A DNA stretch of 64,000 nucleotides from Takakia lepidozioides. Taxonomy: Eukaryota; Plantae; Bryophyta. The position numbers and the translations under genes were made by a program. Below the pieces are notes generated by a model that saw nothing but the letters and a program-made list of their open reading frames with translations, did not search any database and was not told the origin of the DNA. Shown here piece after piece: positions 46,496-58,595 of this stretch. The stretch is taken from NCBI GenBank assembly GCA_030704615.1, contig CM060733.1, forward strand, positions 496,001 through 560,000, written 5' to 3'. Within the stretch, counting starts at the first letter, position 1, and each line of letters opens with the position of its first letter.

Positions 46496-49030
46496 CACTA
46501 CTGCAAAAAGGGGGGGTTAGTGACGGCAGCCGCGCCCCCATGCCCCGCGCGGCGTTGAGCGTGCGACGCCAGGGCGTGGCACGACGGCGTCCCGGCGCTG
46601 CTTGTGACGCCGCCGCGTGGCAACCCAGCGCCCAGGTGTCGCCCCCCAGCGCCGGGATCATCCTTCGACGCAGGGACATGGCAAGGTGGCCTCAAGGGCA
46701 AGAGATAGCCATTTCTTGCCATGCCTGGCCGTCACAAAGGGGGGCGGCCCCACTTGCCACGCTCGGGCGTGACAAGGTGGTTTGAAGGGGGAAAATGCCT
46801 CTGCGACGGCCGGGCGTGGCAAGGGGGTATTGCATCTCCTCCTCTCGTTGTTGAACAAGGTTATTGTATCTTGCCTCCCACTCATGGATGGGGTGTTCTT
46901 CAGTATGAAGTCATTGCTCAATAACCAAGGTCGGCAATTTTTCCTTGTTCGATTTTTTGGGCAAAACGATGTCCTTGGTTCGTGCATCCTCCTCTTCCTT
47001 CCACATCCGAGGGGCTTCCTAATCCACCCTTGCCATGTACTCCATACAATAGAACATAGCTTCTTGCAATGTATACCCCTCCGCCATGCTACCCTCCGGG
47101 TGCGCCATTTGTCTTACAAATGCTTTCAAAGTCTTCATGAACGTTCAAGGAAGTACATCCACCGAGAATGAACGGGGCTAGCAATCGAAGCCTCTTCCAC
47201 TAAGTGCACTACCAAGTGCACTTGGATGTCAAAGAAGGAGGGAGGAAGGTTCATCTCCAACATACACATTACCTCCGCCGCCTCCTTCTTCATGCGTGGA
47301 AAATCCGCTTCCTCCAACTCTTTGGAGCAAATCCACCGAAACAAGCCTCTCAATCTGTAGATTGTCTCGCGGGCCTCGGGAGTCAATGTCCCACGTACTG
47401 CAATGGGCAAGATGTCTTGCAAAATATTGTGGTAGTCATGAGACTTCAAACCATGGACCTCGTCTTCGTTGAACTTCATACGGAGGGATGACCCATAACC
47501 AGTTGGTGTTCAGACAGCACCTATGGTGGCTATCACATTCTTGTATTCCTCCTTTGTCCATTGCCAAAGTGCGCGCCTATACTTCCACCGTACAATACCC
47601 TTTGGGTCCACACCATTTTGTTCGGCCCATAGATGGCGCATGCGACCCTGCTCCTCAAGCTCATTTCTAACACCGAGAGAATCTCCTTTTGCAGCCACTC
47701 CCTTCTTTGTCGGCATGCCATGAAGAACCCGAAAAAGGGACGAGCAGACATTCTTCTCAATATGCATGGGATCTAGAAGATGGCGAATCTTCAGGTCCTA
47801 CATATATCCCCACCCACAAATACTTACACAAATCCACCCACAAATACTTACACAAATTTTTTGACGTGAAAGTGACAATGCAACGCATACCAAATGTGCA
47901 ATATCACATGCATGCATAGGGATATTGACGGTGTTTTTGTGGAATACATACCGCCCAATATGGCAACTCGTAGAAGATTGAAAGTCACTTCATGCCGGGC
48001 ACGTCCACTTCACCGACCGTGCCCGCATGGGCCTCCTTCCATCGGTCTTCCCAAAACTGCCCGGATGGTGTCACGGGGGGGGGGGACGTACCTCCTCTTT
48101 GCCATCAAACAAGTGTTTCTCTCTTCTTCTCCATCGATGGCTCATAGGAAGAAACTTGCGGTAGTTGGGATACACCATCTTGCGAAGATGGCGAGGTCGC
48201 CTTGACAAGTAAATGTACGCGGGTTCTTCATGGGGAACATAATATTGAATAATCATGCATTGTCCAAAGCAATATGCCTCTCATCTGAAAAGATTGCATG
48301 AGTACTACTCTATAAACCCCAAACTTTGTGGAATATACTTGACATGCATTGACAAGATTAAAGAAGAAAATTTCCATGCGAGGGGGAATGGCGCTTATAC
48401 CTTGCGTGGTATTTTTTTCCCTTGAACATCATCCCGATATTGGTCTTCCTTGCACTTTGGGCACTTGGTGAGACGCAAATCCTCTCCGTAGTATAGATTT
48501 TATCACATGGACATGCATGAAAAAATTTATAGCCCATCCCCACGGAGTCCAACACTTTGCGCGCCTCTTTCCGCGACCGTGGCATCTTGGGTTTCAAGTG
48601 TGGAGCAAGGATATAGTCCGCAATAGTTCGCATTATGGCAGACATCCCAACATTACTTATGCCAAATCGAACTTGAAGATTGAGCAATAGTAAGATTGTT
48701 GAAAGTCGACTCACTTTCGCCCCTTCGTACAAGGGAGTTCTTGCCTCCCTCTCCATGTCATTTGAGGGGCCCATTTCAGGATCAGCGATTGGCCTGGTTT
48801 CTTCTCCATGGGTTGTATCAGCGCCTATATGATGCATTAAGAGATCCTCCATAGCTTGCACATCCTCCTGGTTAATTCCATCCTCACTGCTGCTATCAAT
48901 GTCACTGTCATCGTCATCATCGTTCGGTACTTGATCGCCGGTGGGGGCGGCGTCTCACCCACGGCTCCCACCTAATGTACTTGGGTTGTTTTCGGATGGG
49001 GTCCCCCAAGAAAGCACCGGGAAGGGATGG
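46496..49030 (-). mobile_element. CACTA/En-Spm terminus and degenerate TnpD-type transposase; the other terminus is not in the window
   Basis: CACTACTGCAAAAAGGGGGG at 46496 with TGACGGC/GCCGTCA subterminal repeats. Motifs HACPCD, IFYELPYW, MHIEKNV, GLKSHDYH, PPSFFDIQVHLVVHL, RWMYFLER. Confidence 0.88.
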
Positions 49031-49149
49031 ACAAAGTCCTGATACAAACAAATGAACATACGGGCATATATTATAATGTGTCCTTGCAACCATACAACTT
49101 ATTATAAGCGAAATGCAAACAACAACCTTCGATGTGTGCTGTGCATGCA

Positions 49150-49830
49150 TCAAATATGTAATTCAATAATTACATGTATAGGCGCAACGTCACACATGCA
49201 AAGTTTCAAACCCGAACAAAATCATTTGCCCCCCCCCAAGGACGCGTTCACCCTATCAACCAGTTTTTAATGTGAAAGAAATCCTCTCATGCCATTGCAC
49301 CCATCAAACGGATGTGGCTCAAGCTTCACTTTTTCCCACATGTGCTTAAATATGTGTACAACACATGTGCAAAGATCCAGCAAAAAAAAAAAAACATTTG
49401 CCTCCCCAACGACGCACTCACCCTTGAACCAATTTTGAATTAAATCGAATTTAAAAGAATTTAAAATAAATATTTGCATTTAGAAAATATATGATTGCGG
49501 TTTTGAGGGGCGTAATGATTTTATTTTTGGCTCTATTTTGTTTTGTGACATCGGGGTTTGCACCACTACATCCATGCAAAACTTGGAAAAAAAAAAATGG
49601 AAAAAAAATAAGTGTGTTTCTAGGGTCACTTTTGTATAACTCTCTATGAAGAGTGCATGAAGTTGAAAATAACTCAACTTTGGAGTACAAATGAGAGAAC
49701 AAAATATGGTTCTGGGTCCAAATGACTTTTGTTTACTCCCAAATTTTGCACACACATTGCATATGCCATCATTAAAGCATATGGCTTGAAAATGGAATAA
49801 AAAAAAAATCATGTGCAGGCGAAACGCAAT
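49150..49830 (+). repeat. Diverged single copy of the ~1-kb unit arrayed at 61600-64000
   Basis: Colinear blocks ATTGCACCCAT...CGGATGTGG, CATGTGCTT...ACACATGTGC, AACTCTCTATGAAGA.TGCATGAAGTT, TGGGTCCAAATGA. Confidence 0.8.
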
Positions 49831-50069
49831 TTTCCGTCTCTACGACACGTAGCTGCGTTCAACACTAGAATGACCTATTGAATGAACTTGGTTCAAGCTC
49901 ATATTTGGTCCACATGTGCATAAGTATGTTCAGATCACATATGCAAAGTTGTAACCCACATGAGCAACATTAAAAATATTTACATCAATCAATTATCGGA
50001 TGTATACAAAGTACATCATGAGAATATCTACAATGTCTCTCTACGCGATCCCTATCTCAAATGAACCCT

Positions 50070-51570
50070 ATTTCTATCATACACATCCCACTCATGCTGT
50101 AACCGGAGGTCCCAATCATCCCGGGAGAACTCGTATGAGACAAATAGCTCGCTGTCAGCCCTAATAGTTCTACTAGCATATGTCATGACAAACATGTGCA
50201 TCCCCTCACAATATACCGATGTATTATAACAAAAGCTCTCATGCCCATCGCTTCACTCGTCCCATACTACATTGGTTCTCCTAGGATGACAAAAAGAACT
50301 GTTGATGAGCCCAACAACATTGCCGAAGATATCGGGGTCACCATCACAAAATCTGATCTCAATGGGAGACAACCCCCGTCTACGTACATCCTGTCCGTTG
50401 ACACACAATGTAGGGTAGGATGTATGGGGCTTCGAGGCGTAATGTACAGAACTCCCTGGAGGTGTAGTATGGACCGTAGTAGGGAAACAATTCCACCATG
50501 CTGTTTCTCCGAGGAGGAACCACAATATCATTGACCGTGAATAAACCCCGACCCATAGCAGGGTCAATAGCGGCTCTCACAACATACCGTCTACCCCAAT
50601 ACTCGAACTCCACATTATCTCGGATGGGGGTAGAAGGGTCGAGATGATTCCCCTAGCAACGAGGCTGGACGATCTTCAGTAACATAGTCCTATGCACTTC
50701 CCATCGGGGGCAAGAATCCGGCTCAGGCCGCCCAAGCCGAAGGGGATGAAACCTAGGGCGAAGCCGACCCCTCATTGGGGTTCGGGGGGCACATGCACGT
50801 GGAGGTGGAGGTGGTATTGCTGGTGGAGGAGATAAAAGTGGAGGTGGTTGAGGATGTAATGTCGGAGGCACAGCCGGGGGTACAATGTCCGGATCAGGCA
50901 AGGAAACAGACGAAAGGGGGGGGGGGGGGGGGGTGTGCCCACAATCGGCCTGCAAGCTGCTACTGCATGTACGGCGGGGGGAATCATCAAATAAGGACAC
51001 TGGATTAGGGGGACCGCCTGAGGAAACCGGAGGGGGGGGGGGGGGGTAGGTCTGCTCGCCGCCGGCCATAACGCTTGCGACACCTACAATACCCCTCGAC
51101 CCTACGCATCCCATCTGCGTGGTGCTGGGGGAACCAACTGGTCACATCGGGCACAGGTTCTGGCACAATTTCTGCAAGCAGACCAGCGCGAAATGCCTCC
51201 CGTGCAATGTGATTGCGAGCTTGGGCATCAAGTCGTGGCTGCAATATGCGTAGTATACGACGCATCAATACTTATATCGTAATTTGGTTTCATGTATGCT
51301 TATCAATCATACTATATTATTAGATATACCAAATGTACTATGAATGAAGGTTAATGAGAGGGGTGGGAAAAGACTCACTTTTGTCGCATCGGCAATCAAG
51401 TTCCTCACGTAATATTTTTCAACAATATGCGGTCGACACCTCGGTGGTTTGGTGCCACCCGGCGGTATCCGTGCCCCACATTTAGTGCACCAGGACAGTT
51501 GCAGGGTTGAGTGGACCAAAAACGGCAGATCCTGCTCCATGAAAGTCCATGACCCAAAAAACAAAGTTGA
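50070..51570 (-). pseudogene. SET-domain (lysine methyltransferase-like) gene with Cys-containing and Pro-rich N-terminal region
   Basis: MGRGLFTVNDI (motif I), FPYYG, GNVVGLINSS (motif III-like), and YASRTIRADSELFVSY (motif IV, ~50133-50180). One frameshift near 50410 and in-frame stops at 50653 and 50253. Confidence 0.78.
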
Positions 51571-54207
51571 GGATACTATCCCAAAATATTTTCTTAGTGA
51601 TAGATAATGGTATACTGAACATATTTAATAAAGAGTCCTACCCCAAATATTAAAGATATAATTCATTAAATATTTTAGTATATTATTTAGAGAAATTATG
51701 AAAAATTAAAAATTAGAGTTTACAAAAAAAAATTCAATATGACACCTAGCCATTGAAGATTATAGGTTTTTATACTTCTAGAAAACAAATGACACCCAAA
51801 ATCCCCAAAACAAGATGAGCTATGGATTTTTCAAAAAACGCCTATTTGTTTGACATATATTAGTCCATATGAGTCAAATGACAAATGATTTTGCAACTTC
51901 AAATCTATACCTATGATGTGGACCAAAATGGCTACCTTATGTCCAAATTTCAATGGAATTCACCAATGGCACATATGAGAACTTGAGTCCATTGTAATTC
52001 CATTCATTGCGGTAACAGTCCACAATGACGGTGTTCAAAAGTCCATAGCGGAGTCATTTCTTATCGGATTCATGATTGGAGAGTTTCCATTGGTGCCTAT
52101 TGAAGCTAGGAATCCAATGACATATATATTTGCTGGTTTTAATGAATTAATTCAATTTCAATTGATGACACCATCAATTGCAGTCATCTAAAACTGTGCT
52201 GGTAACGTCCATTTTGGTCCAGTCAACCCTGCATTCACCGACCAACACTCAATCCTGTCGGGGGGGGGGTCCAAGGTGGACGTGCGTGGGCGTTGTGCCT
52301 CTGGACTAGGAGGGCTCTCACCACTGGGTGGTCCGTGAGGAGGCAACCCGCGGCGTGCCCGACTCGATCCCGGAGTGTCAACATCCTCCGCATCACCTGA
52401 AATTTGATCCCGGTCCCTTCTACGATTGTGTCCGCCAGCCTGTATTGGATCAAGTACAACGGTCGTTCCTGACCAGGAAACATTGTTGGAATTGGGCCCC
52501 ATTCGATATGTGGCACCGCCTGCCCATCCTCGAAGGAGACGGGTCGATGTTTCCTCACCATCGCATCCTAATTAATCCACATACCACCCCCACTTTCATT
52601 TCTCAAAACCCGTTGGCAGAAAAAACCCTATGTCCATTTTCCACCCTACGACAGCAAGGGGTTGTTACGCCCTAACGCCGGGAGGCCGTAGCGACCCTTA
52701 CAAATTCAAACTCCAAAACCCAATATCAAAAAAATCATGTAAAGAAAAAAAAAATCCCAAAAAGACTAGTCCCACATTGCCCAAGGGCCTGAGCCTTTGC
52801 CTCAGCCTCAGGAATTTCAAAATTGATAAACAAAGGCGGAGCATCTCTCTGGTGAGAGAACCCAAGACAAGAAATCATTCCTCACGTTCTGTCTTCGGGT
52901 TGCCCACATCATGGAAAAATTTACTGAGACCCAGCGCTTTGCGCCAGGGTTGCACACGTCAGTGACGTCAGTGACGTTGACCTGACGCTGACGCGACCAA
53001 CGTCACGTCAATTTTGCCGGAAAATCAGTAAAACATGAGTTAGGTGAAAAATATGCCACGTAGGTGGACACGTTGTATTCCAAGCGACACCTTGGCAAGT
53101 GAATGAATTGTTTTATAAATTACTCCATCCGCCAATAGTTGAGGTCATTTTTAAATCATTATTGTTAAATTGGTGCGACCTCCAAATGGTGGTGGTCGCA
53201 GAATTTATCATATTTTTTAATAGTTGCGACCACCAGCAAAGGGGTTGTCGCAGCATTTTTTGTTTTTTAAAAATAGATGCGACCACCAGCAGGAGTGGTC
53301 GCATTTTTTTCTTTTCTTAAACAGTTGCGACCACCGCTACTGGTGGTCGCACAATTTTTATTTTATTTGTAATAGGTGCGACCACCATCAGGGGGGTGGT
53401 CGCAACATTTTTCTATTTTTTAATATCTGCGACCACCACCAGGGGGGGTGGTCGCAGATTTTTTTTAAATAAAATAAAAAATAAATAAAAAATCTCTGTG
53501 ACCACGAGCCTGGGGGTGGTCGCAGAAATTTTCTATTTGTTTAATAGATACGACCACCAGCAGGGGGGTGGTCGCAGAAATTTTCTGTTCTTTTAATAGG
53601 TGCGACCACCAGCAGGGGGGTGGTCGCAGAAATTTTCTGTTTTTTTAATAGATGCAACCACCAGCAGAGGGGGTGGTCGCAACAATTTATTTTTATTTTT
53701 ATTTTATTTTTTAAATAATCTTTGTGACCACGAGCATGGGAGTGGTCGCAGCATTTTTTTTTTTTTAATAGGTGTGACCACCAGCATGAGGGTGGTCGCA
53801 ACAGTTTTTTTTTTTAAAAAACATGCGACTTTCTCGTGTGACCTGGAGCGGTCGCAGCATTCGATCCTGTGACTTGGAGGCTGGAGGGTATTTAAGGTGG
53901 TCCCAATGCCCCTCACTTCTTTTGTGGCAAACACTTTTATGTCGAGTGAATGTTCTCTATTCGGTGAGCAAGAGTGTAAGCCCAAGAGGAGGGTGCGGAT
54001 TTTTTGCTGTTGTGGCTTCCACCAGAGCCACTGCAGCAAATTGTCGAAAAGCACAATACTACATGGTGCATTGATCCACTTGGATTGATGCCGTAGTGTT
54101 GGGCCATCGCATTCTGTTCTAACTTCTATTGCTCTTGACAAATCTACCAAGTACACTAGTGTTCTTCGTTCAACCTTAAGTCTGTGGTTAGGGTTTTGGG
54201 TGTGAGG

Positions 54208-57081
54208 ATGAGGAGGGAGGAGTGGATCCCTTGGTTCACCATAGACCCGCACAAAAAGAACGGTGTTCAATGCAATCTTTGTGCATTGAAGCTGGCGGGT
54301 CGCAAAGATCGCATGTTATATCACCTCGGCTACAGAGAGATGGGAAGAATGCAGGGGTTAGTTTGTGCCCAAAAGCCTCCATGCGAGTGAAAGCCCACTT
54401 TGCCCAATGTGGAGGCAATATCCCACCGTCTCTTGATGTGGCCGGCTTCTGAGCCAAACACTCCAGGTTCGAATCAAACTGTCCCTCAGAGTTGTACCCA
54501 GGGGATTCTTGCGAGGCGTCTACTGTTCGTGGAGAAGCCGGTGGGTCAGGAGCAACACCCGATTGTACGCCAGCACTTGTACGGACCAGACCATTGAGGC
54601 AACAATCAATGCAAGAAGGCTTAAATTTGTCGCACAGGAGGACTCTGGATAAGAAGTGGCCCAATTTTTCTACGAGGCCAATATTCCGTTCAATGTCGAG
54701 GCTTCCTGCGTTTGTGGCTGCTGTCAAAGCCACGTCCGATTCCAAGTCCACATACACACCTCCGAGTTATCGCGATCTCCGCACAGGATTGCTAGAAGAG
54801 GCTATGTCTGACCTCACCCAAAAGGTGAATGAAAAGACAGGTGATTCTCTCCGGAAATATGGAAGCACTATATGTGCGGACGGTTGGAGTTCTGTTACTA
54901 ATCGACCACTGTTCAATGTCATGCTGTCTGTCCTGCGGGGAACAATTTTTGGGATCCGTTGACACAAGCGGGGGAGAGAAAAGATGCACGTTATCAAGCA
55001 GGGTTGTTGACGAGTTACATCGGATAAAATTGTCCAAGTGTGCACGGACAATGCATCTAACATGGTTAATATGGCCGATATTTTGATGGTACGATATCCC
55101 CATCTATATTACCAAGGGTGTGCTGCTCATATCTTTGATCTCCTTTTGGAGGATTGGGGAAAAGAATCATGGATGAAACAACTAGTAAAAAGGGCAAAGT
55201 CGGTTGTGACGTTCATTCGTACACATCACATCCCTCTGGCATTGTTTAGAAAGCATGAACCCAAATACAGCCTTAGGAACCCGGGGTGAAACCCGCTTTG
55301 CCACAAATTTTTGATGGTGGATCGACTGGTGACTGTGAGGGTCTGGAGCAGGTGATCATTGACCCTCAATGGGATGCGTATGTGGGCACCTTACGCGACT
55401 CTCGTAAGTCCAAGTCTTTGAGCAAAAGTCGGAGGGTCCGCGCAATCATTCGCTCCGACGATTTCTGGGGCGAAATGTGCAAATTTTGTGTACATGGTGG
55501 AGCCGGTGTTGATTGCTTTGCGGGAGTTTGATGGAAAACAACCAATAATGGGTAAAGCATGGTTGATATTGGAAAACCTTGAGAAGCACGTGCAATCCTT
55601 GAGGCGTCCTCCATTTTCTATGGACGATGATTTGGCGGCAAGGACCGAGGATGCATTTTACGACCGCAAACGGATGGTTCGCACGGACTTGCATTATGCG
55701 GGGGCCTTGCTGAATCCATTCTTGCTGGACAATACGGATTTGAGAGACGATGTGGATGCCAAAGCCGGGCTTGTACGGGTCATCATGCAACTTGCGCCCT
55801 TGAACATGGCAGAGCGAGCGTTGTCCGAGTACCAGTGCTTCTCGGATCGGCAGAATCCTTTCCATGACATGCCGGATCCAAAAGCAATGAACATGTTGCC
55901 ACATGAATGGTGGGATCTGATTGGAGCTGGAGCAAGAACGTTAGCTCCCATTGCAAAGCGTATTCTTGCTCAAGTGTGCTCTGCCTCGTCCTGTGAGCGG
56001 AACTGGAGCAGTTACTCGTTTGTTCACAACAAGATTCGCAACAGGTTGAATCCTGCCAGGGCTGACAAATTGGTTTATGTCTACACGAATTGTAGGCTAC
56101 TGCGAGAGAGGAGAGCAAGTGACGCATCTGCATGGTACGAGAAGAATCTGTTGTCTGAAGAATCTGCCTCAGAGGTCCAATCTAGCAGCAATGATGACAC
56201 TGACGCGCGAGGGACTCCGACTCCGACGGTTGGGATGGGTCCGATGATGTGGGCAATCCTCCACATGACCCATATGAATTTAATGACGATGATGCTGCAA
56301 TGCATCCATCCTTCGATGACCTTGTTGTGAACTGCGACATGGTGTCATCCCAATTGCGGACCCCCTTCCCCCAGTGGAGCACACTCTCAACAATGAAGTT
56401 GAGGTCAACTCTCCCCCACCACGAGTTCCACGGACTGCGGGAGATGTGCAGGTCGAATCGTCGGATGATGACAACCGGCCGTTGTCATTCCTTCACCGAC
56501 ATCGTGCCCCTGTGAACCGTGCTTCATCTCACCCCGCTTCTCATGTTTCTCTTTCTCAAGCCGGTCCATCCCATGCTGGTCCATCTAGTCTCTCTCCCCC
56601 TCATGTAATTCCTTCCATCGCTACTCCGATCCTGGGAGATGGTTCTTCTGCTGCGGGACTTCTGCAAGTCGAACCATCGGATGACGACGACCGGCCATTG
56701 TCGTTTCATCTGGCCCGACGACGTCCGCATGTGAACCGTGCTCCCTCGACCCTCGCTGGTCCATCTCATGCCCCTTCCTCTCATGTCGGCCCCTCTGATG
56801 TACGTGCGAGTAGCCTTCCTCATACGAGACCTGCTCCAAGGCCACCACGAAATCCGGGACAAGCCCAGAAAAAGAGAATTGTGCAACCTTTTGTTGGTGA
56901 CCGACCTGTGAACAGGCCTGATACCCTAGATGGTATTCATGATAGGAGTGGAAATCGACCAGAGAGACAACTGAACGTACTCCGAGGACGACTACAGGTC
57001 CAACGGCCAGTTGCCTCTGGAAACGAAAGAACAGATGGAGATCATGATTCTAGCACTGATCATGGGAACGTGGGTGAGTGA
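54208..57081 (+). pseudogene. hAT transposase (BED finger, DUF659-type core, dimerisation domain, low-complexity tail), multiple frameshifts
   Basis: VQCNLC...RMLYHL, CADGW, CTDNASNM, GCAAHIFDLLLED, WWDLIG, CSASSCERNWS, RNRLNPARADKLVYVYTN. Confidence 0.92.
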
Positions 57082-57633
57082 GTGGGGACGAAGATTTTGT
57101 ACTAGACGTGAGATCATACCATCGTCGTCGTGCCAGACGGAATTAGGTACAGCTATAACTTCTGTGACCTGTCACATGATGTGTAGTATGTTTCCATGGA
57201 TATCCATGTTTCAGTTTGGGTACATGCATACGTGTACGGAAATAAAAATGGTGGAATATGTGTACCCAAGAAAGGGTTTGGTGGTTGTGCGTGTGTTTGT
57301 GTTTCGTCATTACCTTTACATTGTTGATTTTCCTATTATGGTTTCGAAAGCCACAAAAGCCAGGTGCAGCTCCCAACATTCATCTTCCCCTTCACAAATC
57401 CATGGGGAGTCGATACATGTGCTTTTCATCTGCCTCTCCAAACATACATACAGGTGCAAGGGGACCAACCTCCTGGTGGTCGCACCTATTTTAAAAAAAA
57501 CAATTGTGTGACACCAGTAGCGGTCGTCGCAACTGTTAAAATAAAAGAAAAATGTTGCGACCACCCCCCTGCTGGTAGTCGCACCTATTTACTGATTTAC
57601 TGATTACCCCTGCTGGTGGTCGCAGATTTTTTA

Positions 57634-57843
57634 TTTTTTTTTTGGGAAACACCTGGGAGCGACAGCTCACAAATCAGGCCCCTTAGTAGTGAGAGGAGAA
57701 AATAACCTCTTTCATTTATGCGCCAAGAGGCGTAGGAATGGGGCACCACACACGAACCATACCACACCCATCAGTAGCAAGATTTGACCCCAGAATCGTC
57801 CGGGTCGCACTCAGTGCACTTAACCAACTGAGCTACTGACTGT
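57634..57843 (-). mobile_element. tRNA-derived SINE inside the hAT 3' subterminal region
   Basis: Minus strand TAGCTCAGTTGGTTAAGTGCAC (A box), GGGGTCAAATC (B-box-like), tail GGGCCTGATTTGTGAGCTGTCGCTCCCAGGTGTTTCCC plus poly(A). Confidence 0.75.
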
Positions 57844-58595
57844 TGGTAGATATTAAAAAATCAAAATTATGCGACCACCCCCCTACGACCACCCCCTGCT
57901 GGTGGTCGCATCTATTAAAGAAAAGGAAAATAGTGCGACCACCAGCAGGTGGTGGTCGCACCTATTTGTTTTAAACAAAATTTCTGCGACCACCCCTCTG
58001 CTGGTGGTCGCGCCTAGTGCGACCAAAAAAAAAAATCTGCGCCCCTGGTGGTCGCACCCCAGTGCGACCACCCCCCTGCTGGTGGTCGGACCAGCACCAA
58101 CCACCCCCCTGCTGGTGGTCGCACATAATAAAGAAAAGAAAAAAAATGCGACCACCCCTGCTGGCGGTCGCAGCTATTACTAGCGTGCGCAGTCATGATG
58201 ACAGCGCGCGCCCCGAGTGTGGAGGGGGGGCTTATAAGGCCTTGGAGGCCATCTCTCCCTCACTTTTCTCCACACCAGGACTTGGTGGGCGATGGGATGT
58301 TGCATTCCTTGTCATTGAGTCCAAGTGGAGAGGGGTGCTATTGGTTGGGTGGGGGTATTTTGGGCCGTTGGATTCTACGAAATCGATGGAGTACCTCCCG
58401 GGAAGCCCTCCTCTAGCACCCACGTTTTTTTCATTGCACATTGCGTCATATCACTTAGAACTGCCGAGGGAGTGACACGTGCCTCTAGTACTTGGGGAGG
58501 ATTCATTAGGGAGTAGGATTAGGTACGATTTAGGAGGGTTGGGAGAGCATTTTTCTTAGCAAACACCTGTCGAGTAGGGGTAAGCCAAGCCATAA

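Larger units (their letters stand above)
53170..58182 (+). mobile_element. hAT transposon with dense subterminal repeats; left TIR and TSD not identified
   Basis: Many TGCGACCACC/GGTGGTCGCA inverted pairs at 53170-53860 and 57460-58175 around a hAT transposase. Confidence 0.85.

Noticed and set aside
53099-53872. Small ORFs in hAT subterminal, TIR and tandem-repeat regions (also 18385-18627, 28331-28734, 30186-30693, 57869-58196, 61605-63997)
   Set aside because: They are translations of non-coding repeats with no protein features.
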